64,000 nucleotides of DNA from positions 3,922-67,921 of the forward strand of contig JAFUHF010000056.1 in assembly GCA_017468985.1 (NCBI GenBank), given 5' to 3'. This DNA comes from Bacteroidaceae bacterium. Lineage in GTDB: Bacteria; Bacteroidota; Bacteroidia; Bacteroidales; Bacteroidaceae. A model generated the notes under the pieces. The model did no database searches and was not told where the DNA came from. It saw only the letters and a program-made list of their open reading frames with translations. Position 1 is the first letter of the stretch. Every line of letters starts with the position of its first letter. Made by a program: the position numbers and the translations under genes. Positions 10,737 through 18,864 of the stretch are shown in pieces.

Positions 10737-11562
10737 TTTCCGGCGCACCCTCCTCCAGCTGCTCCTCCTGGTGGCAGCGCCTTGGGCAATGGTCCCGGCC
10801 GCTGCCGATACCCACGTGCCCAACACGGCGTTTCAGAGCGGCGAAACCCTGCAATACGATCTTTACTATAACTGGAAGTTCGTCTGGGTAAAGGCAGGCT
10901 CAGCGTCCATGAGTATCAGCTCCACCACTTACCAGGGACGCCCGGCTTTCCGCACCCGTCTGCTCACGCGTGGCAGTAGCCAAGCCGACAAGTTTTTCGT
11001 ACTCCGCGACACACTCACCAGCGTCGTCACCGCCGAAGATATGCTTCCCCGTACTTACTCTAAGACCGACATGGAGGGGGACTCCTACCGACAGCGTCAC
11101 GTTTGGTTCAGCTATCCCTCCGAAAGCGGCTCCCACGCACGGCAGCAGTACATCAACCCCAAAGGTGCCGTCTCCTGGAAGGAGGAGGGCAGCGAGGAAA
11201 CCATTTACGACATGCTCAGCATCATGCTGCAAGCACGTTCCTTCGACGCCACGGGCTTCCAGAAGGGACACAAGATTGAGTTCACCATGACCGACGGCAG
11301 CGGCATGAGCAAGCAAACGCTCATCTATCGCGGCAAGAAGGACCTCAAGATGAAGAACGGAGATGCCACCTACCGTTGCCTCGTCCTCTCGTTTGTGGAA
11401 TACGAAAACGGCAAAGAAAAGGAGGTCGTCACCTTCTACGTTACAGATGACCTGAACCACATCCCCGTCCGCCTCGACATGTATCTGCGCATCGGCGCTG
11501 CCAAGGCCTACCTCGTGGGGGCCAAGGGCGTGCGCAATCCCATGGCCGCCAAGCTCAAGTAG
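10705..11562 (+). CDS. DUF3108 domain-containing protein
   Basis: The signal-like N-terminus (LLQLLLLVAAPWAMV) is followed by GETLQYDLYYNWKFVWVKAGSASM, typical of DUF3108. The start is set at the ATG at 10705 and overlaps the upstream gene by 32 nt. Confidence 0.7.
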   Translation: MLNANATSAANFRRTLLQLLLLVAAPWAMVPAAADTHVPNTAFQSGETLQYDLYYNWKFVWVKAGSASMSISSTTYQGRPAFRTRLLTRGSSQADKFFVLRDTLTSVVTAEDMLPRTYSKTDMEGDSYRQRHVWFSYPSESGSHARQQYINPKGAVSWKEEGSEETIYDMLSIMLQARSFDATGFQKGHKIEFTMTDGSGMSKQTLIYRGKKDLKMKNGDATYRCLVLSFVEYENGKEKEVVTFYVTDDLNHIPVRLDMYLRIGAAKAYLVGAKGVRNPMAAKLK

Positions 11563-11586
11563 CGTTTCCCGAAAATTCCTGATTTC

Positions 11587-12264
11587 TTAGTCCGTCGCCT
11601 TGATGAGGCGGCAGGTTCCGCCGTCGCTTCCGGCAAAGGTCCGGAGCAGCTGCTGCAAGTCGTGGCAGCAGGCCAGCGTGTCGGCCTCGTTGCCGTCGTA
11701 ACCGTTGACGAGAAAGAGCAGTTCCTTCGTTTCGAGCGAAACCTTGGTTCTTTCGTGGTCGCTCGTTGGCGTGCCTATGCCGCCTTCCTCGTCGCGATAG
11801 ACGGGCAAACAACTGATGTTTAACGGTCCGCGGCCTATTCCCTCATAGGCTTCCCCTTCGCGCCCTATGCCTAAGACGAGCTTCTGCCCCTTTATCCTGT
11901 CCACGTCAAATCCGCCTATGCTGTAGCCCCACCTGATGGAGGCCAGGTTATTCAGGTCTACGATGGTGTTAATCCTGTAGAGTTCCTTGCCTTGCAGCAC
12001 GCGGCGCAGCAGCGCCTCGTTCGATGGGCGGTAGCGGCTGGGATCCTTGCCCAGCACCTTGTAAGCCTGTCGCGTGGCGGCTATGGAGGGCCGCGCCTTG
12101 AGCGTCGTGGGGTCGTAAGTCTGGCGGAATTTCTCGGCCTCCGCCTCTATCTGGCGCCACAGTTCGGGATTTTCCTCGCTGTTACTCACCGCTGCCTGCA
12201 CCACTCCCACACAGAGCTGCGGCACGCTGGCCCTTATCTCGGGCGATATCTGTACTTCTATCAT
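11587..12264 (-). CDS. B3/B4 (PheT-like tRNA-binding) domain-containing protein
   Basis: The 225-aa ORF contains RPSIAATRQAYKVLGKDPSRYRPSNEALLRRV and RINTIVDLNN segments typical of stand-alone B3_4 proteins. It is coupled to folB by an ATGA overlap at 12261-12264. Confidence 0.7.
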   Translation of the reverse strand: MIEVQISPEIRASVPQLCVGVVQAAVSNSEENPELWRQIEAEAEKFRQTYDPTTLKARPSIAATRQAYKVLGKDPSRYRPSNEALLRRVLQGKELYRINTIVDLNNLASIRWGYSIGGFDVDRIKGQKLVLGIGREGEAYEGIGRGPLNISCLPVYRDEEGGIGTPTSDHERTKVSLETKELLFLVNGYDGNEADTLACCHDLQQLLRTFAGSDGGTCRLIKATD

Positions 12265-12659
12265 GCTTCTCTCGTTAGTTTCAGGCTGATGGCCGCACTC
12301 TTGCAGTCGGCTTCCATGGGCGGCGAGAGTTTCTCTACGCTCACCTCTACCGCATGGACTTGCTCAAAGTTTTCCAACAATGCCCGTCCCACGCGCCACG
12401 CCGCATGCTCAATGAGGCGGCACGTTGGCATAAACGACTGACTCACCACCTCGTAGGCCTGGGCATAGTTCACAGTGCCCTTCAGGTCGTCACCTTCCAG
12501 GGCCTCGGGCCTAACGGTCAGGTGGAGATCTACATTGACTACGAAGCGAGAGCCCACCTCCTGCTCCAGCGGCGCCACGCCGTGGTAAGCATAGAAGTTG
12601 AGCTCTCGCAGTGAGATGACGGAGGTTTCCGTCTTTATCTTTAGGTTCTTTCGGTTCAT
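12261..12659 (-). CDS. folB: Dihydroneopterin aldolase
   Basis: The 132-aa ORF shows the FolB pattern: LRELNFYAYHGVAPLEQEVG, VNYAQ, and LIEH...VEVSVEKLSPPM. Confidence 0.85.
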   Translation of the reverse strand: MNRKNLKIKTETSVISLRELNFYAYHGVAPLEQEVGSRFVVNVDLHLTVRPEALEGDDLKGTVNYAQAYEVVSQSFMPTCRLIEHAAWRVGRALLENFEQVHAVEVSVEKLSPPMEADCKSAAISLKLTREA

Positions 12660-12725
12660 GCTGCAAAGTTACAATTTTTCCCGTAACCTTGCCCCTCGCT
12701 TGTCAAAAGTGGCGACTGCCGGCGT

Positions 12726-13652
12726 CTACAAGCCGATGCTCAGACCCATCGACATGGACTGAAACTTGGGCCCGTAGTTGGTGCGCAAAACGTTGCAGGG
12801 CGAATAGCGGAAGTACACGCCAATGTCGTTGTGACCCATCGAGGTATAGAAGTCCACCGTGACAGGCTGCTGATGGATGTGCTTGTCTACCTCCTTCTGC
12901 TTCTCGCCGTTCATTCTGTAGCGCGTTTTCAGGCTACCATAGGTGCTGATGTTGAGCATCGGACCCATGTTCATCCAGAACCTTCCGCCCCTCAGCTTGT
13001 TGGTGCGCACCTCCAAGAGCAACGGGACGGTCATGCTGAACGTCTTGATTCTCGAAAACTTGGGACTCGCCCCTACGGGATAGTCGCCCAACACCACTTG
13101 CTGCTCCTGCTTGAGAAAGCGCACGTCGTCCGACATGCGATAGTTCCGCCACGCAAAGCCCATGCCGGCCACCACGCCCACGTTACGCCCTATCTGGGGC
13201 AGCTCGCAGGCGATGGGCGTAAATCCTATCTCCACGGCAGAGCCCACCGGGGTGTCCATCTTTGACGGAGTGTTCAGGGCGGAGGAGAGGCCGATGAAGA
13301 AGGTGGGCAGGTGATACTCCATGGCTTCTCTCCGGCGTTTCTGCTTCATGCCCGGAAGGGATAGGGCAAAGTCAAACTGCGTGTGTTCCTTCGTGATTTC
13401 CATCGACCGCTGGTTCCAGGTGCGCATTCTGGAGAAGTTCCACGAAGGGTTGCCCTCCTTGCCTTCTATGATGATCTGCATGCTGTTGTCCGTGTCCTTC
13501 ACGGTAACACGGTTGGGATTCTTTACCACTATCGTGGTGTCACCCAGTTGGGCAGCACTGCTTCCTGTTGCCACCAGGAGAAGGGCCCAAAGGGCCATCA
13601 TTTTGTGATTCATAAGCGTTTGTATTGATTTTCTTTGTTTTGTTGTGTTCAT
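12726..13652 (-). CDS. Putative outer-membrane beta-barrel protein (function unknown), last gene of the ECF sigma operon
   Basis: It has a signal peptide (ALWALLLVATGSSAAQ), alternating beta-strand-like sequence, and an aromatic/aliphatic C-terminal strand (SMSMGLSIGL). Confidence 0.55.
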   Translation of the reverse strand: MNTTKQRKSIQTLMNHKMMALWALLLVATGSSAAQLGDTTIVVKNPNRVTVKDTDNSMQIIIEGKEGNPSWNFSRMRTWNQRSMEITKEHTQFDFALSLPGMKQKRRREAMEYHLPTFFIGLSSALNTPSKMDTPVGSAVEIGFTPIACELPQIGRNVGVVAGMGFAWRNYRMSDDVRFLKQEQQVVLGDYPVGASPKFSRIKTFSMTVPLLLEVRTNKLRGGRFWMNMGPMLNISTYGSLKTRYRMNGEKQKEVDKHIHQQPVTVDFYTSMGHNDIGVYFRYSPCNVLRTNYGPKFQSMSMGLSIGL

Positions 13653-13669
13653 CGTAGGGTGCGGTTTCC

Positions 13670-14119
13670 TTATTTGTTAAACATTTTCTTGAGCCGTTCC
13701 AGAGTGGTCTGGCCTTCCATGTAGACCAGATAGGTTTTCTCGTCGTTCTGCCGGTAGAACAGGTAGCGCATTTCCTTCTTCTGCCCCTTGGCCGGAGGAA
13801 GCGAGTAGAAGGCATAGATCAACTTGCCGCCCATCTTTCCGGTCTCCTTGTCTACGGCGGCTTTTCCGTCGGTGGTCACGGCGTTTTCTATGTCGGCCAT
13901 CTCCGGCAGGCGTTTGCTGAAGGTCAGGCTGCGATAGAGGCTCATCCCGTAGGGTTGCAGGGCTTTACCCTTGGCCACCACGGTCACCACGTCACGGCTC
14001 TCGTTGTAGCGGCCGTCGAAGAAGGGAGCCACTTTCAGTCCCGTCTGTCCGCTGAGCAGGCAGGGCCACATCAGGGCCACGGCCACCGTCATCTTGAGGA
14101 TCAGGTTCTTTCTCTTCAT
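13670..14119 (-). CDS. DUF4252 domain-containing protein
   Basis: The 149-aa secreted protein has a size, N-terminus and operon position (after the ECF sigma and anti-sigma genes) typical of DUF4252. Confidence 0.6.
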   Translation of the reverse strand: MKRKNLILKMTVAVALMWPCLLSGQTGLKVAPFFDGRYNESRDVVTVVAKGKALQPYGMSLYRSLTFSKRLPEMADIENAVTTDGKAAVDKETGKMGGKLIYAFYSLPPAKGQKKEMRYLFYRQNDEKTYLVYMEGQTTLERLKKMFNK

Positions 14120-14122
14120 GGT

Positions 14123-14590
14123 TCACTCTCCTTTCTCTTGCTGACAGAGCTCACCGAGCACTGCTTGCAGCTGGCTCTCCACCGTTAGCTGCTCTTCGCT
14201 CGGCGACAGCTGCGCCAGCGTTTGCGACATCTGCCCCATCACGAAGTCCGTGCTCGTGTAGCGCGTTCCGTCAATGTAGGCCACGCAGTTGGGGTTCAAG
14301 GCGTGCGACGTGGCATGGAAGCTCACCAGCAACATCACGGAGGCAGCCACGCCTACGGCCAGTCGGCTCAGCGCGCTTCCTGCTCCCCTCACACTTCGGG
14401 CTGCCCTGCCGGCGGCCATCAGGCTAAACACGGCGCGGTCGGCCTCGTAGGGGGCAGCAGCTCCATGGGGCGAGGCCAGAAAGGCTTCCAGCCGGCGTTC
14501 TTCAGCGCGGTTCGTCAGGCCGTCATAGAACTTCCGAAGCAAGGCGTCGGCCTCGTGGGGACACAGTGGTTTTGGTTCAAACATGGGCAT
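14123..14590 (-). CDS. Putative anti-sigma factor (single-pass membrane protein)
   Basis: It overlaps the ECF sigma gene by 14 nt and has one TM segment (LAVGVAASVMLLVSF). The call rests on position only; I saw no recognisable zinc-finger motif. Confidence 0.45.
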   Translation of the reverse strand: MPMFEPKPLCPHEADALLRKFYDGLTNRAEERRLEAFLASPHGAAAPYEADRAVFSLMAAGRAARSVRGAGSALSRLAVGVAASVMLLVSFHATSHALNPNCVAYIDGTRYTSTDFVMGQMSQTLAQLSPSEEQLTVESQLQAVLGELCQQEKGE

Positions 14591-15089
14591 ATTTCTTAAT
14601 GTAAATTTCTCTAATCTTCTTCCTGGCGCGGCTCAGGTTCATTCTGACAGCGGTCTCCGTGAGCTGCATGTCACGGGCAATCTGGTCCACCGGCCGTCCC
14701 TCCAGGTCGTGATGCCGAAAAACGGTCAGCTGCTGCGCTCCGAGTTCGGTTTCCATCAGTTCCTCCACCCTTTGCAGCAACTCCTCGCGCTCCGTGGCCG
14801 AGGTGACGTCGTCGGCCATGTCGGCATCGCCCGTCAGGACGGCATCCTGGGCCTTGGGCTCCCGTGCCTTGAGGCGCAGCTCCGTGATGCTTCGGTTTCT
14901 CACCACGCGGAAGCTCAGCTTCTCGGCCTCCGCTTGGCTTTCCACGTCCCGATAGTGCTGCCACAGCGTGACAAAGCTCTCCTGAAGCACATCCTGCGCA
15001 TCGTCGTCGCTGCGCACAATGTCTCGGGCAAACCTGAGCAGCCGCTGGCGCAAGCGCTCAAAGGTGGTCACCAATATCTCGTCGCTCAT
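14577..15089 (-). CDS. RNA polymerase ECF-type sigma-70 factor
   Basis: Region 2 (VLQESFVTLWQHY) and the region 4 HTH (VDQIARDMQLTETAVRMNLSRARKKI) are present. The start is trimmed to the ATG at 15089 (MSDEILVTTFERL). Confidence 0.85.
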   Translation of the reverse strand: MSDEILVTTFERLRQRLLRFARDIVRSDDDAQDVLQESFVTLWQHYRDVESQAEAEKLSFRVVRNRSITELRLKAREPKAQDAVLTGDADMADDVTSATEREELLQRVEELMETELGAQQLTVFRHHDLEGRPVDQIARDMQLTETAVRMNLSRARKKIREIYIKKYAHV

Positions 15090-15280
15090 GGGCGTGAGGG
15101 CATCTTCTGCATTTAACTTTCTGCGAATATAACGCAATTCTGCCTGAAATGTAACATGCCGCACCACTATTTTTCTTTTTCCATAGCAAAAAAGTCCTAC
15201 CGCCATGCGAAAAGGCCCCCGACCATGGCCGAAAAACGGCGCCCTTTTCGTAACTTCGCAACATCATACATTTTCTATCC

Positions 15281-16186
15281 ATGCGCTGCAACAAACATTC
15301 TTTCGTTCTGGCCATCGGCCTGATGCTTCTCAGCTTCGGCCCGAGGCTCCACGCTCAGGAGCGCCACCCCTACTACGGCGACCCCATCCAGCTCAATCCC
15401 GAGTTCACCTACCAGAAGGTGATGCACATCGATTCTGACGAAAAGCAGTCCGCCCAGGGCGGCGCGGCCTACGGACCGTGGCTTTTCCAGTTCTACAACG
15501 CCATGCCGCGCGTCAGCGTGGTCAACCTGGAGCAACGCCGCGTGGTGCAGGAAATTCCCCTGGAAGGAAAGCCCACCTACCACTGCAACAATGCCAACTT
15601 CGGCACCGAGCGCTACGAAGCTGAGGACGCTTTCCCCCTGCTCTACGTCTCCATGGAGCACAAGCAGGAGCATAAGTGTCTCGTTTTCCGCATCACGGGC
15701 TCTGCGCCCGGCCAGTGGGGCATGGAACTGGTACAGACCATCACCTACCCTGCCACCCACGAAGGCCCCATGTTCTATCCCAACGCCGTCATTGACGGCG
15801 AGGGCGGCTACCTGTGGCTCACAGGCTATCACCTCGAAAACTGGCACGCCTCACCGGTCAACCGCAACCTGCTCTGGAAGTTTCGTCTGCCCTCCGTCAA
15901 GAGCGGCGACGTAACGCTCAAGGCTACCGACGCCCTGGAGCGCTACTCCTTCCCCTCCATGACGGCCACTCAGGGCGCCCTCTTCCGCGGCGGCAAGCTC
16001 TACCAGGTGTTCGACATCGGGCCCACCACTTACCTGCGCGTGTTCGACCGCAACAAGATTGTCACCGAACTCCGCCTCCACGAGGCCGGTCTGAACACTG
16101 AGCCCGAGAGCCTCGTCTACTGGAATGGCGACCTGTACTACGTCACGGTGAAGCGCGACGTCATCAGGCTGAGTTTTCCCAAATAA
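15281..16186 (+). CDS. Hypothetical secreted protein (beta-rich, family not recognised)
   Basis: The 301-aa ORF has a signal peptide (FVLAIGLMLLSFGPRLHAQ), coding-like composition, and a near-consensus TAACTTCG box upstream. Confidence 0.6.
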   Translation: MRCNKHSFVLAIGLMLLSFGPRLHAQERHPYYGDPIQLNPEFTYQKVMHIDSDEKQSAQGGAAYGPWLFQFYNAMPRVSVVNLEQRRVVQEIPLEGKPTYHCNNANFGTERYEAEDAFPLLYVSMEHKQEHKCLVFRITGSAPGQWGMELVQTITYPATHEGPMFYPNAVIDGEGGYLWLTGYHLENWHASPVNRNLLWKFRLPSVKSGDVTLKATDALERYSFPSMTATQGALFRGGKLYQVFDIGPTTYLRVFDRNKIVTELRLHEAGLNTEPESLVYWNGDLYYVTVKRDVIRLSFPK

Positions 16187-16198
16187 GGTACCGGATTC

Positions 16199-16834
16199 TT
16201 AAATCTTTCGGCGAAGGAGGGTGAGCCCGTCGCGCAGCGGCAGCATCACCACTTCGAGGTCGGCCCTGTGGGCCACCATGTCGTTAAACTCACGGATGCC
16301 CACAGTCTGGGCATCCTTGTCGTATTGCGACTCCACCACGTGGCCGTCCCAGAGCGTGTTGTCGGCCAGGATGAAGCCCTCGGGGCTGAGGTGGGCCAAG
16401 GAGAGCTCCAAGTAGTCGCAGTAGTGGCGCTTGTTGGCATCGATGAAGATGAGGTCAAACCGCTCGTCAGGCTCGAGGTGGTCCCGGGCATCGCCGATGA
16501 GAAACTTCACCTTATCGGCCCATGGCGAACGCTCTATCCAAGGCCGTGTGAAGTCCTCCATTTCGTCGTTCACCTCGAAGGTCACCAGCTCGGCACCCTC
16601 GTCGAGTCCGCGCGCCATGGCCAGGGCCGAGTAGCCGCTGTAGGTGCCAATCTCCAACACCCTGCGCGGCCGCACCATCTTCACCAGCATGGTGAGCAAC
16701 TCGCCCTGCAAGTGGCCGGAGGCCATGTGGCCGCGCACCAATTGTAGCTGCGTAGCCCTGAAGAGGGCATGAAGATAGGGATGTTCCGGAGTGATGTGCT
16801 CCAGAAGGTAGTCGTTGAGCGCCTCTGTCATCAT
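16199..16834 (-). CDS. Class I SAM-dependent O-methyltransferase (caffeoyl-CoA O-methyltransferase-like)
   Basis: VLEIGTYSGYSALAMA and DLIFIDANKRHY motifs are present. The start is trimmed to MMTEALNDYLLEH, just downstream of the aroQ stop. Confidence 0.85.
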   Translation of the reverse strand: MMTEALNDYLLEHITPEHPYLHALFRATQLQLVRGHMASGHLQGELLTMLVKMVRPRRVLEIGTYSGYSALAMARGLDEGAELVTFEVNDEMEDFTRPWIERSPWADKVKFLIGDARDHLEPDERFDLIFIDANKRHYCDYLELSLAHLSPEGFILADNTLWDGHVVESQYDKDAQTVGIREFNDMVAHRADLEVVMLPLRDGLTLLRRKI

Positions 16835-16838
16835 CGGC

Positions 16839-17264
16839 TCAGAGGCGAAGCAAGGCGAGCGTAGCGAGGCGGTAGCCATCCAGACCCAGCCCACACACCA
16901 CGCCGCGGCAGGCCGGCGAAATCATGGAGTGATGACGGAAGGCCTCACGCTGAAACACGTTAGAGATGTGAAGCTCTATGACGGGAGCCGGAATGGCCTT
17001 GATGGCGTCGTGAAGGGCAATGGAAGTATGGGTATAGGCACCGGCATTGAGCACAATGCCGTCCTGGCGGAAGCCCTCCTTCTGGATGCAGTCCAGGAGT
17101 TCGCCCTCGTGATTGCTCTGGAAATAGCTGATCTCTGCCTCGGGCACCTCGCGGCGCAGACGCGGCAGGTAATCGTCGAAACTCTCCGCTCCGTATACCC
17201 CGGGTTCGCGCACACCGAGCAAGTTCAGGTTCGGACCATTAATAATAAGGATCTTCTTGGCCAT
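16839..17264 (-). CDS. aroQ: Type II 3-dehydroquinate dehydratase
   Basis: ILIINGPNLNLLGVREPGVYG and HISNV motifs are present. Confidence 0.92.
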   Translation of the reverse strand: MAKKILIINGPNLNLLGVREPGVYGAESFDDYLPRLRREVPEAEISYFQSNHEGELLDCIQKEGFRQDGIVLNAGAYTHTSIALHDAIKAIPAPVIELHISNVFQREAFRHHSMISPACRGVVCGLGLDGYRLATLALLRL

Positions 17265-17282
17265 GATTGATGAGAAAATTTG

Positions 17283-17290
17283 TATTTTTG
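17283..17290 (+). promoter_or_regulatory. -7 promoter box (TATTTTTG) upstream of xerD
   Basis: It is an exact TAnnTTTG match in the aroQ/xerD divergent gap. Confidence 0.4.
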
Positions 17291-17359
17291 CCGTTACTTG
17301 CCGCGAAGTTACAACTAATAAGCGAGTAATCCCAAGAAAAATCCCGAAAAAAGCCTCTC

Positions 17360-18319
17360 ATGACTCCCCTTTCCGACTCCACCCTCACGGGCTCCGATGC
17401 CCTGCATAGCGAAGCTCAGGCCTCCCTCGTGAAGCGCTACCGGAGCTACCTGCTCCTTGAGCGCGCCTACTCGCGCAACACGCTGGACGCCTACCTGCGC
17501 GACCTCGACAAGCTGCTGCTCTTTCTGGGTTCTGCGTCCATTCGTCCCGAGGAGGCCACGCTGAACGATTTGCGCTCGTTTGCCGCCGCACTCCACGACG
17601 TGGGCATCGAACCGCGCTCGCAGGCGCGCATACTGAGTGGCGTGAGGGCCTTCTATCGGTTTATGCTCATGGAAAACCTCATCGAAAACGACCCGTCGGA
17701 GCTGCTGGAGTCGCCCAAACTTGGCATTTACCTGCCCAGCGTGCTCACGGTGGAGGAAATCGACCGGATGATACGCTGCATAGACCTGAGCCGCAAGGAA
17801 GGGCAGCGCAACCGCGCCATCATCGAGCTGCTCTACAGCTGCGGACTGCGCGTCAGCGAGCTCTGCAACCTGAAACTCTCCCAACTCTATCTGGACGAGG
17901 GCTACATCCGCGTATGCGGAAAGGGAAACAAAGAGCGCCTCGTGCCCATCTCGGCACGCGCCGTGAAAGAGCTGCAACTCTACTTCATTGACCGCAACAG
18001 CTGGGACATACCGCCCGAGTTTCAGGACTACGTATTCATCACCGTGCGCCGCCACACGGCGGCCATTGGCCGCATCATGGTGTTCCGCCTCATCAAGCAG
18101 CTGGCCGAGGAGGCCGACATTGTCAAAAACGTGAGCCCCCACACCCTGCGCCACAGCTTTGCCACCCATCTGCTCGAAGGGGGAGCCAACCTGCGCGCCA
18201 TCCAGATGATGCTGGGCCACGAGAGCATTGCTACCACTGAAATCTATACCCACATTGACCGCCACCGCCTCAGGCAGGAAATTCTGGAGCACCATCCGCG
18301 CAACATCCAAAACCACTGA
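17360..18319 (+). CDS. xerD: Site-specific tyrosine recombinase XerD
   Basis: The N-terminal SAM-like domain (YLLLERAYSRNTLDAYLRDL) and catalytic residues in ELLYSCGLRVSEL, HTLRHSFATHLLEGGANLRAIQMMLGH and TEIYTH are present. The aroQ-xerD arrangement is typical for the chromosome. Confidence 0.9.
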   Translation: MTPLSDSTLTGSDALHSEAQASLVKRYRSYLLLERAYSRNTLDAYLRDLDKLLLFLGSASIRPEEATLNDLRSFAAALHDVGIEPRSQARILSGVRAFYRFMLMENLIENDPSELLESPKLGIYLPSVLTVEEIDRMIRCIDLSRKEGQRNRAIIELLYSCGLRVSELCNLKLSQLYLDEGYIRVCGKGNKERLVPISARAVKELQLYFIDRNSWDIPPEFQDYVFITVRRHTAAIGRIMVFRLIKQLAEEADIVKNVSPHTLRHSFATHLLEGGANLRAIQMMLGHESIATTEIYTHIDRHRLRQEILEHHPRNIQNH

Positions 18320-18381
18320 TTCTTCCTCTCCCCTCTTCTGCGCCCACCGCCAGGACCTGAAACGAGCCATGGCAGACATAC

Positions 18382-18410
18382 AAAAAATGCTCAGCAGGAT
18401 ATGCTGAGCA
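18382..18410 (-). terminator. Intrinsic-terminator-like hairpin with its U-tract on the minus strand
   Basis: A 9-bp perfect stem (TGCTCAGCA / TGCTGAGCA, loop GGATA) is followed on the minus strand by TTTTTT (plus-strand A-run 18382-18387). No annotated minus-strand gene ends here. Confidence 0.5.
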
Positions 18411-18725
18411 GATAACAAATTTTGAAACGAAACAACAATAATTGTTGTATCAATGCAAAATTACATATTCCTATTCAAAGACATGGCATAAATAAACAAA
18501 AAAAATAATATTTTCCCACGCAGGACATTCTACATTTTTTTGAAGCCTAATGTTTACCCCCCCCGATTGACATATGCAAATTGCAATTTTCCCACTGCCA
18601 GAAGCTATTTTATGGATAATTTTGTATCAAAAAGCCCTTCCCTTCAGATTTCACACAAAAGAATTGCACAATTTGTCCAAACTGGACAAATAAGTAATAA
18701 AAATCAGTTTTGATTCGCGTCCATC

Positions 18726-18794
18726 GCCAGCGGACGGGCCCAGCGAGCAGGAATCTCTACCCAACCGCCTGCGGACGGGCCCAGCGAGCAGGAA
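18726..18794. repeat. Direct duplication of a 28-bp GC-rich element
   Basis: GCC(A/T)GCGGACGGGCCCAGCGAGCAGGAA occurs at 18726-18753 and 18767-18794, with 27 of 28 positions identical. It sits inside an otherwise AT-rich gap. Confidence 0.8.
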
Positions 18795-18834
18795 AATTTG
18801 CACCTACTTCTTAACCTTTCCCTTTCCTGACAAC

Positions 18835-18864
18835 AAAAAAGCCGGCCCTCCGAAGAGAGCCAGC
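18835..18864 (-). terminator. Rho-independent terminator of the 18894..19739 gene
   Basis: On the minus strand a 10-bp stem (GCTGGCTCTC / GAGGGCCGGC, two G-U pairs, TTCG loop) is followed by TTTTTT. The wobble pairs become A-C mismatches on the plus strand, so the hairpin is strand-specific. Confidence 0.75.

Noticed and set aside
9999-10826. 275-aa minus-strand ORF opposite the Ig-like lipoprotein / DUF3108 junction
   Set aside because: It shows no motifs, it is antisense to two coupled genes, and its composition is typical of shadow ORFs.
17360-18319. xerD as the integrase of a mobile element, with the 28-bp repeats at 18726-18794 as att sites
   Set aside because: The recombinase has the canonical XerD N-terminus and the chromosomal aroQ-xerD arrangement. 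The repeats are direct, only 41 bp apart, and flank no cargo. No other mobility genes are nearby. This is not supportable as a mobile element.
17315-18418. 367-aa ORF antisense to xerD
   Set aside because: It lies entirely opposite a gene with clear tyrosine-recombinase motifs, and its product is low-complexity (Ala/Gly/Val/Arg/Gln-rich) with no motifs. Long antisense ORFs are expected opposite GC-rich, codon-biased genes.
18563-18678. Possible invertible promoter: CAAATTGCAATT (about 18568-18579) and its imperfect inverted partner GAATTGCACAATTTG (about 18661-18675) flanking the plus-strand TAATTTTG box at 18617-18624
   Set aside because: The inverted repeat is short, imperfect and AT-rich, and one arm is itself a palindrome. 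The enclosed segment (about 80 bp) is smaller than typical Bacteroidales invertons. No dedicated invertase is adjacent, since xerD is the housekeeping recombinase. This is too weak to report as a finding; only paired-end reads in both orientations could revive it.
18420-18835. Known structured RNAs (RNase P RNA, tmRNA, SRP RNA, 6S RNA, tRNA fragments) in the long AT-rich gap
   Set aside because: I could not find the conserved cores by eye. These cores are the RNase P P4-type GAGGAAAGUCC, the tRNA-like GGUUCGA..CCA end of tmRNA, and the SRP domain IV GGAA motifs in the right context. The region is too AT-rich for these RNAs. A covariance-model scan would be needed for certainty.
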